Positions 13,001 to 25,178 of a DNA stretch of 64,000 nt are shown piece after piece. The position numbers and the translations under genes were made by a program. Position 1 is the stretch's first letter. Every line of letters begins with the position of its first letter. The stretch is from Hormiphora californensis (taxonomy: Eukaryota > Animalia > Ctenophora), in contig CM035357.1 in the NCBI GenBank assembly GCA_020137815.1, forward strand, positions 248,001 through 312,000, written 5' to 3'. The notes below the pieces were generated by a model. The model was not told the DNA's origin. It ran no database searches and saw nothing but the letters and a program-made list of their open reading frames with translations.

Positions 13001-16000
13001 TCTGTTTGTGTGTTTGTCTGTTCGTTTGTTTGTTTGTTTGTTTGTTTGTTTGTTTGTGTGTTTGTTTGTTTGTTTGTTTGATTGATTGTTTGTTTGTTTG
13101 TTTGTTTGTTTGTTTGTTTGTTTGTTTGTTTGTTTGTTTGTTTGTTTGTTTGTTTGCCACCACTTCATAACTCCATGGATTATAATAGTTGCCTTGTTCG
13201 TCCCTCTCTCCAAATGTAGAGAAGGGTTCATAACAATAATTCTCTTATTTCTCCCACATCTTTCTCGGTATGAACTGGAGTACCACGTACTCAAGTCTCA
13301 ACACGTACCCAACATGTATTGTAATTTATTAGCATTGATTAGGTGGGCTAATAAATTATTTCGTGTTTATCAATAATAATTCATCACTGGGAATATAATG
13401 CTATGGGAACGAATTATATATCAGTGGTTAGTAGTGGTTGTAAGACCCTTGTTCGACCAGAGTTTCGACCCCTATTTCCCTACGACCCTACCGCCCGTTT
13501 TTGTGTGTTTTTGTTTGAATAAAACAACGCATGTTTTATACGAAGCTGGGACGCCGCTCGCTCAGGGGGGTAATTTCATTACCAAATCTCTTTTCGTTGT
13601 TTTTTTTTGTTTTGATTAAATCAGTATTATACAAATCCTAACCATTGGCCGACTTTTGTTTCTGCGGAATGTCATTACTCATCCATGAAACTAAATTTCT
13701 GGTTGGATAAAGGTATTAGGCTGTCTCGCACTGACCCCTTCTCTCACGCTTCCCTCCTAGCAGTGAGCAAGGAGAGCAGTCAGAGTGTCGCGTTATTACC
13801 CAAGACATAATTAACACTGTACTACAGCTGTGCAGTGGATGTGGCAGATCCTAATTCATAGAAACATACACACAGAGACACAGACTTGACTGACTGACTT
13901 AGGGCGGCTTCCGTGTCCGAGCAACTATATCAGTCCGCACTCCGCCACAGCTCCCGGTTTTGCATAAGCTCCTTTATCTCGTTGTCGGAGGCAAGACCAG
14001 TATCGTCCCTGATTTGCTTAAGGAAAGTCTTCTGGGGCCTCCCCCTGCTACGATTCCCTCTGTCCGGCTCCCAGAAAAGAAGCTGGTGAGCAGTAAGCTC
14101 GGGGTGGCGCTGTATATGACCAGCCAGCCTTAATCTGCGAGCACGAACAGTTTCAGATGCCCTGCCCCCTGGGAATATTCTGATAGACGTCCTCATTCCG
14201 CACCTTGTCCCACCAATTGATACCCAGTGCCATTCTCAGCATGTTACTATGACATCCATCCAGGCGTTTTTCCAGACTAGCTGTAAGTGTCCAGGTCTCT
14301 GCTCCATAGAGTAGTATGGCTTCCACTGTTGTTCTGAACAGATTAACCTTGCAACTCCTCCTCATGTCAGAGACACAGAGAGACAGAGAGACAGAGACAC
14401 ATACACACAGAGACACAGAGAGTGTGTTTTATTCAGTGTGAGAGTCACCAAATTTACACAGTTAATAACAGACATTATACCAACACCCAGTAATTAACAC
14501 TTGGTCACGTACTACACCACGTACTATGGCAGTACTGCCACACTACCACACAATACACACCATACACATCATGTGTATGTGGCCTGCACTGCTGTACTTC
14601 TAATAATATCTTCCAAGTTGCAATATCACACGAATTACATGAAGCAAGAGCTGTAGTTAATTAACAACAATACCACAGTTGTTCACACAGTTGTTCACAC
14701 AGTTGTTCACACAGATACAACTTGAGGGCAATTCATTATTAATGAATAGCTTTTGCCTTTCAGATATGATTAATGAATCATTAATCAATATCTGAAAGGC
14801 AAAAGCTATACTTTCTGACGTGTTTTTCATAAGAAAAGGCTGTTTCTTCACATACATCATACATGATCTGTACATTGTGTGATGTACATTGTGTGATGTA
14901 CAAATGTACAATTATTTTACATCACAGAGATTCTCTTCTATTACTGTTTCAATTTTGAATGTAATAATAATGTAGCAATAATGTGTGGTAATAAATATGA
15001 AAATGTAACTCTGTTTAGAGCTAAATCTCACACAGTTACTAGGTATACTCAGATTCATTTGTGACGTGTCATCAACTATATATTAACCTCCTTCTCTCTC
15101 TCTGTCTCAGGAAAGTGGGTTTGGGGAGAGTCAATGAGGTTCTTTGAGGCCTTCTGGGTAACCACCTTTGGACTGTTCTCGATGATGATTCTAGGTCTGA
15201 TAAGTTTTGAACAATATTCTAGATTTGTGAAGCAACAACAACTCAAGACGCATCAGGTAATATATGTCAAACCCCTCCCCCCTCCCCCGTCCACTGCCCA
15301 ACTAATGTATGTCTAACCCAACTAATACATGTCAAGCCCCCCCCCCCTCAACGCTTGTAAAGATCCCACATGAACACCCTGTATATGTCATGATTAATTG
15401 TGGTTAGTTATATCTTGTTAGTTATATCTTGTTAGTTATATCTTGTTATTAACAAGTTCATGTGTTGCCACGTTAGATATGAGTCTCATTATCAATAAGT
15501 TGATGTAATAAATAGGGACAAATTGAGACTCGTTGATTTTATTTCAGGAATAACTCGACGTTTCGCCGTTCGACGGCATCATCAGGATAATCTATAAATG
15601 AAATGGGTCACATATTAGTAAAAATAGACGAAATACACGAAATATGATCTATACAAAATATACACACACGCAAAAACTAGGAACTGAACATTGTACTGAC
15701 TAGATAATAAACTGTTCAATCGTATCACCTTCTTCTCTCTTGTTAATAGTAGGCATTAATAGTTTAATATGGATTGCCTCCATCACCTTCCTTCTCACTG
15801 GTTGGTCAAGCCCAGTTTCCAGTATATTGAATTCTAGATCAGGAGGTTCTCCGTCATGAATAGTTGAATAGTGTGTCGCGAGAGCTTCATTAGGATAGGT
15901 ATTGGGCGATATTGCTGCCAATCTATGTTCTTTGAATCTCTCACGACACGGTCGTGCTGTCTCTCCTACATAAATCTGTTTACATAATTTACACTCAATT

Positions 16001-19000
16001 TTATATACAACGCCTTTAACTGTACAATCTAGGGTAGGGTGGTTTATGAGGGGGCATATGAGGCAGTTAGTGAGGTGACAATGGGGCCTATCATATGGTC
16101 GTGATTTACAGAACAAGTTCCGTAACTTGGTTCCTGGGGTGAATACAGTGCGAATAGGGAGGTTGTGAGAGGTGATAAATGATGTGACGAATTGGGTGAA
16201 TGATTCACTGATGTATGGAAGTTTGAGTACTGTTGAGTGATCGCGTGATGTGTTTATCTTCATAAGGCGTTGTTCAGACAGTTCTCTAGGATTCGGGTAT
16301 CCGTTGTTCATCAACAGCTTGTCAACAATGTTTCTCGAGTGATCCTGGTGGATAGCATTCGATGAACATGTATCTGCTGTTCGGTAGAAACTCCTGATAG
16401 TCTGGAGTTTCACAGTTTCCGGGTGATGACTGTTAGCATGGAGTGTGATAGGTTTCTTCTGAGGTTTCCGGAAGTATCTATGTTCGATGATACTCTCATC
16501 AGAAACACGTATCTCAGCATCCAAAAACGGAACCCAATCTCCTTTCTCTGGATAATCCACTTCCCACTGTAGAAGTTGGTCGGGGTCCTCTGCTGCTATA
16601 CTCGCCACCATTGCTTCAGCTTCTACTTTGGATCTGGCAAACGCTCCGGTATCGTCAACGTATCTCCCGTAGAATGTGAGGTGGAGGTCGAGGTATATAC
16701 TAGATCTTTCATACATGTACACACGGATGATGGCTGCCAAGGGGGATGGTTTACAACCCATAAACAGTCCGACTAGTTGTTGGTATAGCCTACTATTGTA
16801 CACAAAGAACGAGTTCTCCATGACACCGGATGTTGGATTTTGTCATGGAGAACTCGTTCTTTGTGTACAATAGTAGGCTATACCAACAACTAGTCGGACT
16901 GTGTGTACATGTATGAAAGATCTAGTATATACCTCGACCTCCACCTCACATTCTACGGGAGATACGTTGACGATACCGGAGCGTTTGCCAGATCCAAAGT
17001 AGAAGCTGAAGCAATGGTGGCGAGTATAGCAGCAGAGGACCCCGACCAACTTCTACAGTGGGAAGTGGATTATCCAGAGAAAGGAGATTGGGTTCCGTTT
17101 TTGGATGCTGAGATACGTGTTTCTGATGAGAGTATCATCGAACATAGATACTTCCGGAAACCTCAGAAGAAACCTATCACACTCCATGCTAACAGTCATC
17201 ACCCGGAAACTGTGAAACTCCAGACTATCAGGAGTTTCTACCGAACAGCAGATACATGTTCATCGAATGCTATCCACCAGGATCACTCGAGAAACATTGT
17301 TGACAAGCTGTTGATGAACAACGGATACCCGAATCCTAGAGAACTGTCTGAACAACGCCTTATGAAGATAAACACATCACGCGATCACTCAACAGTACTC
17401 AAACTTCCATACATCAGTGAATCATTCACCCAATTCGTCACATCATTTATCACCTCTCACAACCTCCCTATTCGCACTGTATTCACCCCAGGAACCAAGT
17501 TACGGAACTTGTTCTGTAAATCACGACCATATGATAGGCCCCATTGTCACCTCACTAACTGCCTCATATGCCCCCTCATAAACCACCCTACCCTAGATTG
17601 TACAGTTAAAGGCGTTGTATATAAAATTGAGTGTAAATTATGTAAACAGATTTATGTAGGAGAGACAGCACGACCGTGTCGTGAGAGATTCAAAGAACAT
17701 AGATTGGCAGCAATATCGCCCAATACCTATCCTAATGAAGCTCTCGCGACACACTATTCAACTATTCATGACGGAGAACCTCCTGATCTAGAATTCAATA
17801 TACTGGAAACTGGGCTTGACCAACCAGTGAGAAGGAAGGTGATGGAGGCAATCCATATTAAACTATTAATGCCTACTATTAACAAGAGAGAAGAAGGTGA
17901 TACGATTGAACAGTTTATTATCTAGTCAGTACAATGTTCAGTTCCTAGTTTTTGCGTGTGTGTATATTTTGTATAGATCATATTTCGTGTATTTCGTCTA
18001 TTTTTACTAATATGTGACCCATTTCATTTATAGATTATCCTGATGATGCCGTCGAACGGCGAAACGTCGAGTTATTCCTGAAATAAAATCAACGAGTCTC
18101 AATTTGTCCCTATTTATTACATCAACTTATATCTTGTTAGATTCTCAGAATTCAATTAATATGATTCTCAGCAGATCAAGGGATGTCCCCCTACTACTAC
18201 TAGTAGTAAGCCCCCCCCCTGGGATGAGATTCAGCTGTTTAACTCTGACCAATATGAGAGAGTTTCTAAGAAACTACCTTACTATATTATTCAGCTCCTA
18301 TAAATCTCGAGAAATTAGTGCAAATAAGACGCCTTGTATGGCGATATTTTCCTTGGAGAGGTGAGGTGAGAGAGTGAGATAGAGAGAGATAGAGAGAGAA
18401 GAAGAAGAAGCTCATTTTAGGGAAATATAGGCCGGGCCGCTGATAATACTGACCGGATCCTAAACAGAGGGTTAATTCTCTACAGGTTTCCCAAGGCATT
18501 ATAGTTAGGGAGAGAGGGTCTTTAATTGCGGCTCAGTGCCACTATGCGAGAGAGGGTCTTTAATTGCAGCTCAGTGCCACTATGATTATACCCACTGCGG
18601 AAGCTCTTTCATTGGTCTGCAAGGTGAACCACCCCAGTGGGACTCAGTGAACTGCACCTTTCACAAAGCGCACCTTTCAGTGTGTTGCACAATACACTTG
18701 CACACCTTGTGTTGACCAAGAATATTTACAGAGGGGGGGGGTGCTACAGAGAAAGAATTGTCTATTAAATCGGGGGGGGGGGGGGTGCCATTAATATAAC
18801 TCACTTGGTGGATTGTCTTTACTAAATATATAATGGATAAAGGTGGCTATAGTCGTGTTCTAGGCAAAGTACCAAATAACTTGGTGCTATTAGAGCACTT
18901 ACACAGTGAGACACGGCACCACAGTAAGACGGAACTATAACAGTGAGTACTTACACACTGAGAGTTATAGTTATAGTGCACTTTTGAATTGGTTCCAACG

Positions 19001-22000
19001 TGTAAAATAATTTCTCTGTGAGGTCAAACTAATGCACCATCCCTGTATATATTACTCTAAACGGCCCTTGTCCGTCAATATACCACCTTTACGGTAAAAG
19101 GAAACTACTAGTATTCACACAGGTGGGCCCCTGAGTATGTGATACTACATGTCCTGGGGGTAGTATCCCATCTAATGGGTTTTATAATGGGACCATGGTT
19201 TTATTCAACCCTCCCGTATTATATTTGATAACAATCGAGGAGTGAGAATCTTAGAATCTAGAGTACGGTATGCTTCAATCAGATTAGACAATTTGAATTT
19301 TGTAGACCCACTACTCACTAGATCACTATAGCATTGACCAATACCATGTGATCTTTCTCTTTAACAATATTCAATAAATATTGTTCATGAATAATATCTA
19401 AAATATATCTAATAACTAATCAACATGAAGCAATGAATAGTTAAACATGATTCTAGTTCCTGAACTGGTTCTCTATCCAATCAACATTCTCATATAACTA
19501 CTGGGTTAGAACTGCTGGATTAGTTTGGTTTCTGAGAAACGATGTACTTTAAATTAATTTCTCAACTATGTGTGACAGATGCATGATGGGGGTATGATGG
19601 TGCTCAGAGTTTCTAGGAATTTGAGCACCAGATTCAAGGATATATGTTTGAGGCGGTTGACCGAAAGGAGACAAATATTCAGAGGTCCTGGGGCTTTTAA
19701 AGAACATTAAAATGGTAAATAAAGAGGCTTTCACGGGAGGGAGGGAGGGATGGGGGAAGCTGTCTTCCCCTGCTACATCCATCTGTACCTGTCCACACCT
19801 TTCAGACGTTCATATTCCCAAACCAAATGTTGAGTCACTTTCACCGCACCCCTACCTAATAGTATATTACACTTGGTATAGTCAGGTTTCAATATAACAG
19901 TGTGTTTCTTGCAGGATTCAATACAGTGTGTGTTTCTCATCACACAGGTATGTACTATTTACCAATGTGTATATTTATTGCAGGTAGCAGTGCTGTTGTC
20001 AGGTATCTACTTCCTGGCATTCTTTTTCGGGATCGCTCCACTGGTTGGCTGGTGTGAATACGGACCTGAGGGTAAGTGACACTATCTAATATTATGTGGG
20101 AACAGGGGTTCACCAATAGGAGATCAAATAGAAGATCCAATAGGAGATCATATGGCTTCTCTTTGGTCTCCTAGTGGATGGCTCCGAGCCATCACCACTC
20201 ATCTGATTAATTGAAAATATATGTGATATGTGTGATATGATAAACTTTGATTGAAAAGTTGAGTCGAGAAAATGGTAGGGTGGTTCCTTGCACAGCGAGA
20301 CGCTACTACTGTAATACTGCAATTTATTACAAATCTCAGTGGTGTTCTCTAAAAGTGTTCTCTATCAGCCTCTTTATGAATAAATCAATTTAACCCAGCC
20401 ATTATATTACAAAGATTTATAAAGAACTAGCGCACCCATTGGGTGCGCCTCAAGTAAGGGCTTTTTGATAACCCACCCGGCTTCGCCGGGTGGTTCTTTT
20501 CACCCCTTTTAACGTAAATAACACGGTTGCCATGGCAACTGAATTGGTAACTATGGGGACTGGCATGTTAAAAGTCATTCGAAAATATTGACAAACTTTC
20601 ACTGGAAGTTCCAAAAGTGTGAGTAACAGCTTTACAGCTTTGGTCACATAAAGTGTTTTATGAAGGAGCAGTCTGTCGCTTAGATACCGCTTAACGAACG
20701 ACTTCGACTTCGACGCGACATCTCCAAATTATAATATAGATAGTCTTGCCAGACAGATGGTATAAGGGTTGAACGATTTTTGCAAGAAGGGTATCTCTCT
20801 CACTCTCTCTTTCACTCTCTCACTCTATCTCTCTATCTCTCTCACTCTCTCTCTCTCTCTCTCTCTCTCACTCTAACTATCTTTCTCTCTCCCTCTAACT
20901 ATCTACCTCACTCCCTCTCTCTCTCCCTCTCTCCCTCTAACTATCTACCTCTATTGAAACAGCAGTAGTCATTATAATGTAGTCTCCTCGAGAGTATGAT
21001 GACGCACAGCTCTCTTCATCTAGTTTCCCCCTCGTCTGACTGAGCCCCCTGGTCACCTCTCTATCTTGGGGGGGGGGGGGGGAGAGATATCGCAACAGTG
21101 ATCCTCGTGCTTGAGCCTGAAAACCAATTAACGATTTGGCGGGAAGTCTTTGTTTAGGAGTACGAATTTAATTTAAAACACAGGGATATCCCTCTAGACC
21201 CCATTTTTCTCTAAATGAACTATTCTCTTTAGTGGTGGCAGCTTCCAAAATCCGTGTTTGTGTACGTCACATTAATTAGGTGAAATAATTCCAATTATTC
21301 TCCTTACCAACAACCTATGTCTCAGTCCAAGAGTGTTTGTACGTAACGCGCGATGTTTCAGAGCTAGTCTTTATCGCGCGCCTAGAATATTAGCCACATC
21401 CTACTCGACCTCCAAAGTTTGATGATTTCATTCAACTTCCCCTTCGGTGGCGGGTTCACTGAAATGTTCATGGGAAAGGCGATAAGTCGATTAGATCATA
21501 GCACAGTCGGACCCCGATTTACCGGGATGCTTATGTATTTTCCCGGTAAATCGGGGTGTCCAGTATACCGGGGGCCGTTAAATCGGGGTCAGACTACGTC
21601 ATATTATTATCCAACATTCCACTGCAGTACTGGCAAGCGTTAAGGTATAAGGTCATAGAAGGACCTCTTGTCTTTCAGCAGTTTCAGGCCATTCATCGTA
21701 TCAAAAAAGTTAAATTTCCCCTAATAAGTTAGTATGCTGCGAAGTTGCCCCTAAACACCAACCGAATCTATATTTCTAACCCCTGACCTCGTACAATAAT
21801 ACAAATACTCCATGGAGGCTATTTAACTCCCTATCTCCCCCAGGTTATGGTGTCAGTAACTCTCTCCCTCTCTCCCCCAGGTTATGGTGTTAGTAACTCC
21901 CTCCCTATCTCCCCCAGGTTATGGTGTCAGTAACTCTCTCATGTGGAACAATCTGAACGACAACAATGCTAGTTATATAATCTGTGCAATGATCGTGGGA

Positions 22001-23578
22001 TACTTCTTCCCTCTTATCATCATCATGTTTTGCTACAGAGCAATATATAGACTTGTACAGGTATGAGCAATCTATAGACTTGTACAGGTATGAGAGGGTA
22101 ATATATAGACTTGTACAGGTAAGAGAGGGACTATTAGGAATTATTAATGATCACATTTATAAATGAAAGTCCCACTACTTCAAAATTCCACCCTATTTTA
22201 TATGTGTCATTCTACCCTAACTGTCCCAATTTGAGATTTTGAGCTGTTCGATATGTTTCCTGACCTTTGTTTGTTTCAGGCGCAGCTAAACACATCGGTG
22301 GTTAAAATGACAGTTAGTGCGAATGTAACTAGTCTGTCTACAAACCGGAATCACATAATGCTGGTGAGTAATGACAAACTATCTTGTAATGCTGGTGAGT
22401 AATGCATGACATCTTTTTGTTATGCTGGTGAGTGTTGGTGGTGGTGGTGGTGGTGGGTTATAGCGTGTCAAACTCTGCAGCGCAGAACGACATAGCTACC
22501 TCGAGTTATAGCGTCTGTCATCGTTATTGTGGTATTAGATGGCATTATTTACTCAGTACTCAGCTGTTGTCAATGCTGTTGAGTATGCTGCAAAGGTGCT
22601 ATAGGTATCCCCCTCCTGCTGATGTATGGAACTGAAGGGCGGGGTTTCTTTCTAAATTAAAAAGTGGGAAAATAGTTTAAAAGATTAAACCTTATAAAGT
22701 GTGCCAGTCGGTCGTGGTAACAGAATCAAGCTGTGTGAAGATTATATAGATTCTATACAGAATCTAGTTCCACTATGTACTACCTACCCCTCCCCCCCCC
22801 CCCTCGGATCAAGGGGGATTACATCATGATCTTCGACCAAGAAGGTTTTATACTTGCTCCTATGCATTCCCCCAGGTCCAACCGTTATATAACTCCAAGA
22901 GATTCCTCTAGTACTGCACACCCCCTGTCGGAGCATTGGCCTGACAGACACCGCCTTTTCCATAATTATGGACATGCTATATACCAGCTGCTCAAAAGAA
23001 AAAGACCCCCCTTTTCTCTAACACCACTCCCCCCAATATAGGTGCAAGAGAGACAGTTAGCATCTACCATAACATTTGTCATCCTGTCCTTCTTCTTTGC
23101 ATGGACGCCCTACGTGTTCGTTAACATTATCAACATGTTTAGCACTCTCGTTCTGAAATACAGGATTCTAGCTACGGTAAGTGGACGCCCTACGTGTTTG
23201 TTAACATTATCAACATGTTCAGCACACTCGTTCTAAAATACAGAATACTGGCAACGGTAAGTTATATTGCTAATCAAACAATTACCGGGCGGATAATAAC
23301 TTCCGACTGTATAACATCAGGACATGATCAAACAGATCTTTAAAACGCCCTTTTCACAGAATCTAACAATAACTCTCAACCCCCCAGATTCCCCCTAACA
23401 GTGCCCAACAACTCCTAAACCACCCCCTCCCCTTTTCCAGATTCCAGCCCTCTTTGCCAAATCCTCGACCCTCTGGTGGATAATCGTGTATTGTTTGATG
23501 GATGTCAGGATTAAAAAGGCGTGCAGGAAGACTTGTCTTAGATTTAAACGGTCGTTCCGTGTTTGGTACTTCTCTTAG
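10038..23578 (+). CDS. Opsin, ctenophore opsin-1-like, 335 aa. Exons 10038-10167, 12266-12409, 15111-15256, 19984-20071, 21918-22060, 22280-22363, 23042-23176, 23441-23578
   Basis: All junctions are GT-AG and in phase (1008 nt). 7-TM motifs: N-glycosylation sites NIT/NST, TM1 GN, TM3 WGESMRFFEAF..FEQY, EL2 PLVGWCEYGPEG, TM5 YFFPLIIIMFCY, TM6 AWTPY, TM7 IPALFAKSS with the retinal-binding Lys (bovine K296). Confidence 0.93.
11111..11217. mobile_element. 107-bp terminal-inverted-repeat MITE (Pleurobrachia-type dispersed repeat)
   Basis: aggaaccgaccgaa...ttcggtcggttcct, with ttaactattcgt on both sides. It translates as EPTETSKQPIRARYLGHVTGYQPISDQYFLIRSVP, which I recall as a repeat-derived peptide common in P. 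bachei gene models. Confidence 0.7.
12410..13156 (+). repeat. (GTTT)n microsatellite containing four extra copies of the opsin exon-2 end plus donor
   Basis: gtggtNtctctNgcagcag|gtat recurs at about 12460, 12641, 12740 and 12957 inside the GTTT tract. Confidence 0.9.
13884..14365 (-). mobile_element. 5'-truncated RTE-clade non-LTR retrotransposon, 3' end
   Basis: LLYGAETWTLT...RMALGINWWDKVRNEDV and RRLRLAGHIQRH...RSRGRPQKT are typical RTE ORF C-terminal motifs. One frameshift near 14160. (GTCA)n tail. Inserted in a cagagacacaga tract. Confidence 0.85.
15495..18130. mobile_element. Penelope-like retroelement: two 5'-truncated copies joined head-to-head in opsin intron 3
   Basis: Mirror ORFs 15700-16821 (-) and 16903-17925 (+) encode an RT C-terminus (YGRYVDD, PFLD) and a GIY-YIG endonuclease (GVVYKIEC..YVGET..RFKEH). 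Inversion centre at about 16822-16842. The right arm has a deletion of about 40 bp near 16900. ttatatcttgttag occurs on both flanks. Confidence 0.92.
18032..18072 (+). ncRNA. Minimal hammerhead-ribozyme-like core in the Penelope 3' region (mirror copy on - at about 15553-15590)
   Basis: CTGATGA (18040-18046), stem gccgt-cga-acggc, then GAAAC and GTC. Penelope-like elements are known to carry minimal hammerheads. Stem I pairing is weak. Confidence 0.55.
20427..20740 (-). mobile_element. Non-autonomous Helitron
   Basis: On - it begins TCTATATTAT and ends with the hairpin gcgcaccca-a-tgggtgcgc overlapping CTAG. It sits between A and T with no TSD. Confidence 0.7.
21823..22435 (+). repeat. Triplicated splice sites of opsin exons 5 and 6
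   Basis: Acceptor ccccag|gttatggtgtYagtaactc x3 (21823-21940). Donor tatagacttgtacag|gta x3 (22040-22125). Donor atgctg|gtgagt x3 (22355-22435). Confidence 0.9.
23102..23261 (+). repeat. 80-bp tandem duplication of the opsin exon-7 3' end plus donor
   Basis: Copies at 23102-23181 and 23182-23261 both encode WTPYVFVNIINMFSTLVLKYRILAT followed by gtaag. Confidence 0.95.
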
Positions 23579-25178
23579 GGGGGACTCTCACAAACAATAG
23601 TTAATTGAATGTATTTAAATTGATGAGTTTAAAATATTAGGATTATTTAATCTTTAGACTGTAAAGTTTTTTAAAGGTTGACATTTATCAATATATTTTG
23701 TTAGTGAGAATTTTATTAGGATTGTTCATCTATTTATCTTATTTGTTCCTTGATAAAAGTTTTTAATCATTCCCCGGATAGCGACCCATAAAACAGTTCA
23801 AAGACCACGCCAGAGGACACCCATTCTCACGTGTGTCTACTGTATGGGGAGTGCGACTTTTCGTTATTATGTAAATTATTGCCTAGACTGTAAAGGAGGG
23901 TTAGAACAAATAATTTATTGCTGTATCACATAACAGCTGTAATGTGTGACTGTGTATGTGTGACGTGTGTTGGTGTTTTACATTATAAACTACTAGTGTG
24001 AAGCAGTAAATACATAATTTTGCCAATGAAAACTAAAAGTCCCAATTTAATCTTTGGTGACGCAGCCACCCCTACACTAGCTGTGCGCCTGTAAGATTGT
24101 TTTTGAAAGTGTAATTAAGAGTTTAACCCCACACAACTGAGAGTGTGAAAGAATAATCTACTCTAGTATTTTAATTTTGTGTAAGGGGTAATTAATAGGT
24201 TTGTTATACATATATAGGAGAGAGTGCCGTTACTGCAGTTCCACCTAACAGGTTGTTATAACATATTACAATAGTGAGACTGGGCATATGGGTATAAAAT
24301 AGCACGGTATAGAATAAGGGAATTATTGATTTGTTCAATACCATGTGTTCCAATTGTATACTGATCTGTTTTTACTTCAATTAATTTACCAAAAAAAAGG
24401 TTGTTTAATTTGAAACTCGGTGTATCTGTCTGGCGTCGGTAACATAGACTGACACAACTGGCGCGGGGGTCACCAATGTCTGGCGGCTGGGTGGGAGTCC
24501 CTTACTCAACTGTTGAGTCAACAGACTAGACAACAGGTATCACCCACTAGGCACTTGTAACATGGCTGTAGCGTAGCCTATCTCACCAGCCGTACAATCC
24601 GTCACTTTGAAAGCGGATGCTGTGGTGTCATTATTTCTACGGTCCTAATTGAGCCCCATTATTTCCCACGGTACGCGCGCGGTGACTACCGGGGGAAGGG
24701 CTTGTCATTGATGGGAGGTGCCGCGCCCTACAGACATGTCGATCTGCGGATAATTGAATAATTGAACATTCGAAATTGTGGGAACCTGTCATTGTATTGA
24801 TCTACCGAACCCTCACAGATCAGCGGTCTGAGCCACACAAATCTAGGCCACTGATCTCTCCAGTCTCCACACCTCTGGGCTCTGTCAGGCCAATGCTCTG
24901 ACAGCTGCACCTCCGACTGCTTACCAAGTTCATTATAGGAATTCATAATCACATCTTGAATTTAAAATGTTGAAACTAATTATCGTTTACAAAATCACTG
25001 TCAGAGCATTGGCCTGACCCATTCTCGCTTCTCCGCGAGAACTGTGGTCAGAGCATTGGCCTGACAGCAAAATCATGGATCTGACTCTCTCAGTACGTAA
25101 TATGCTGCCAGCAGAATATTTTCACCAAACACAAACAGGAGTCCAAAATGTGATGTCCTATAAAAGCATGTGTCTCTA

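Noticed and set aside
12271-13376. Long FVCL/TNKQ ORFs
   Set aside because: Translations of the GTTT microsatellite. Only 12266-12409 is a real exon.
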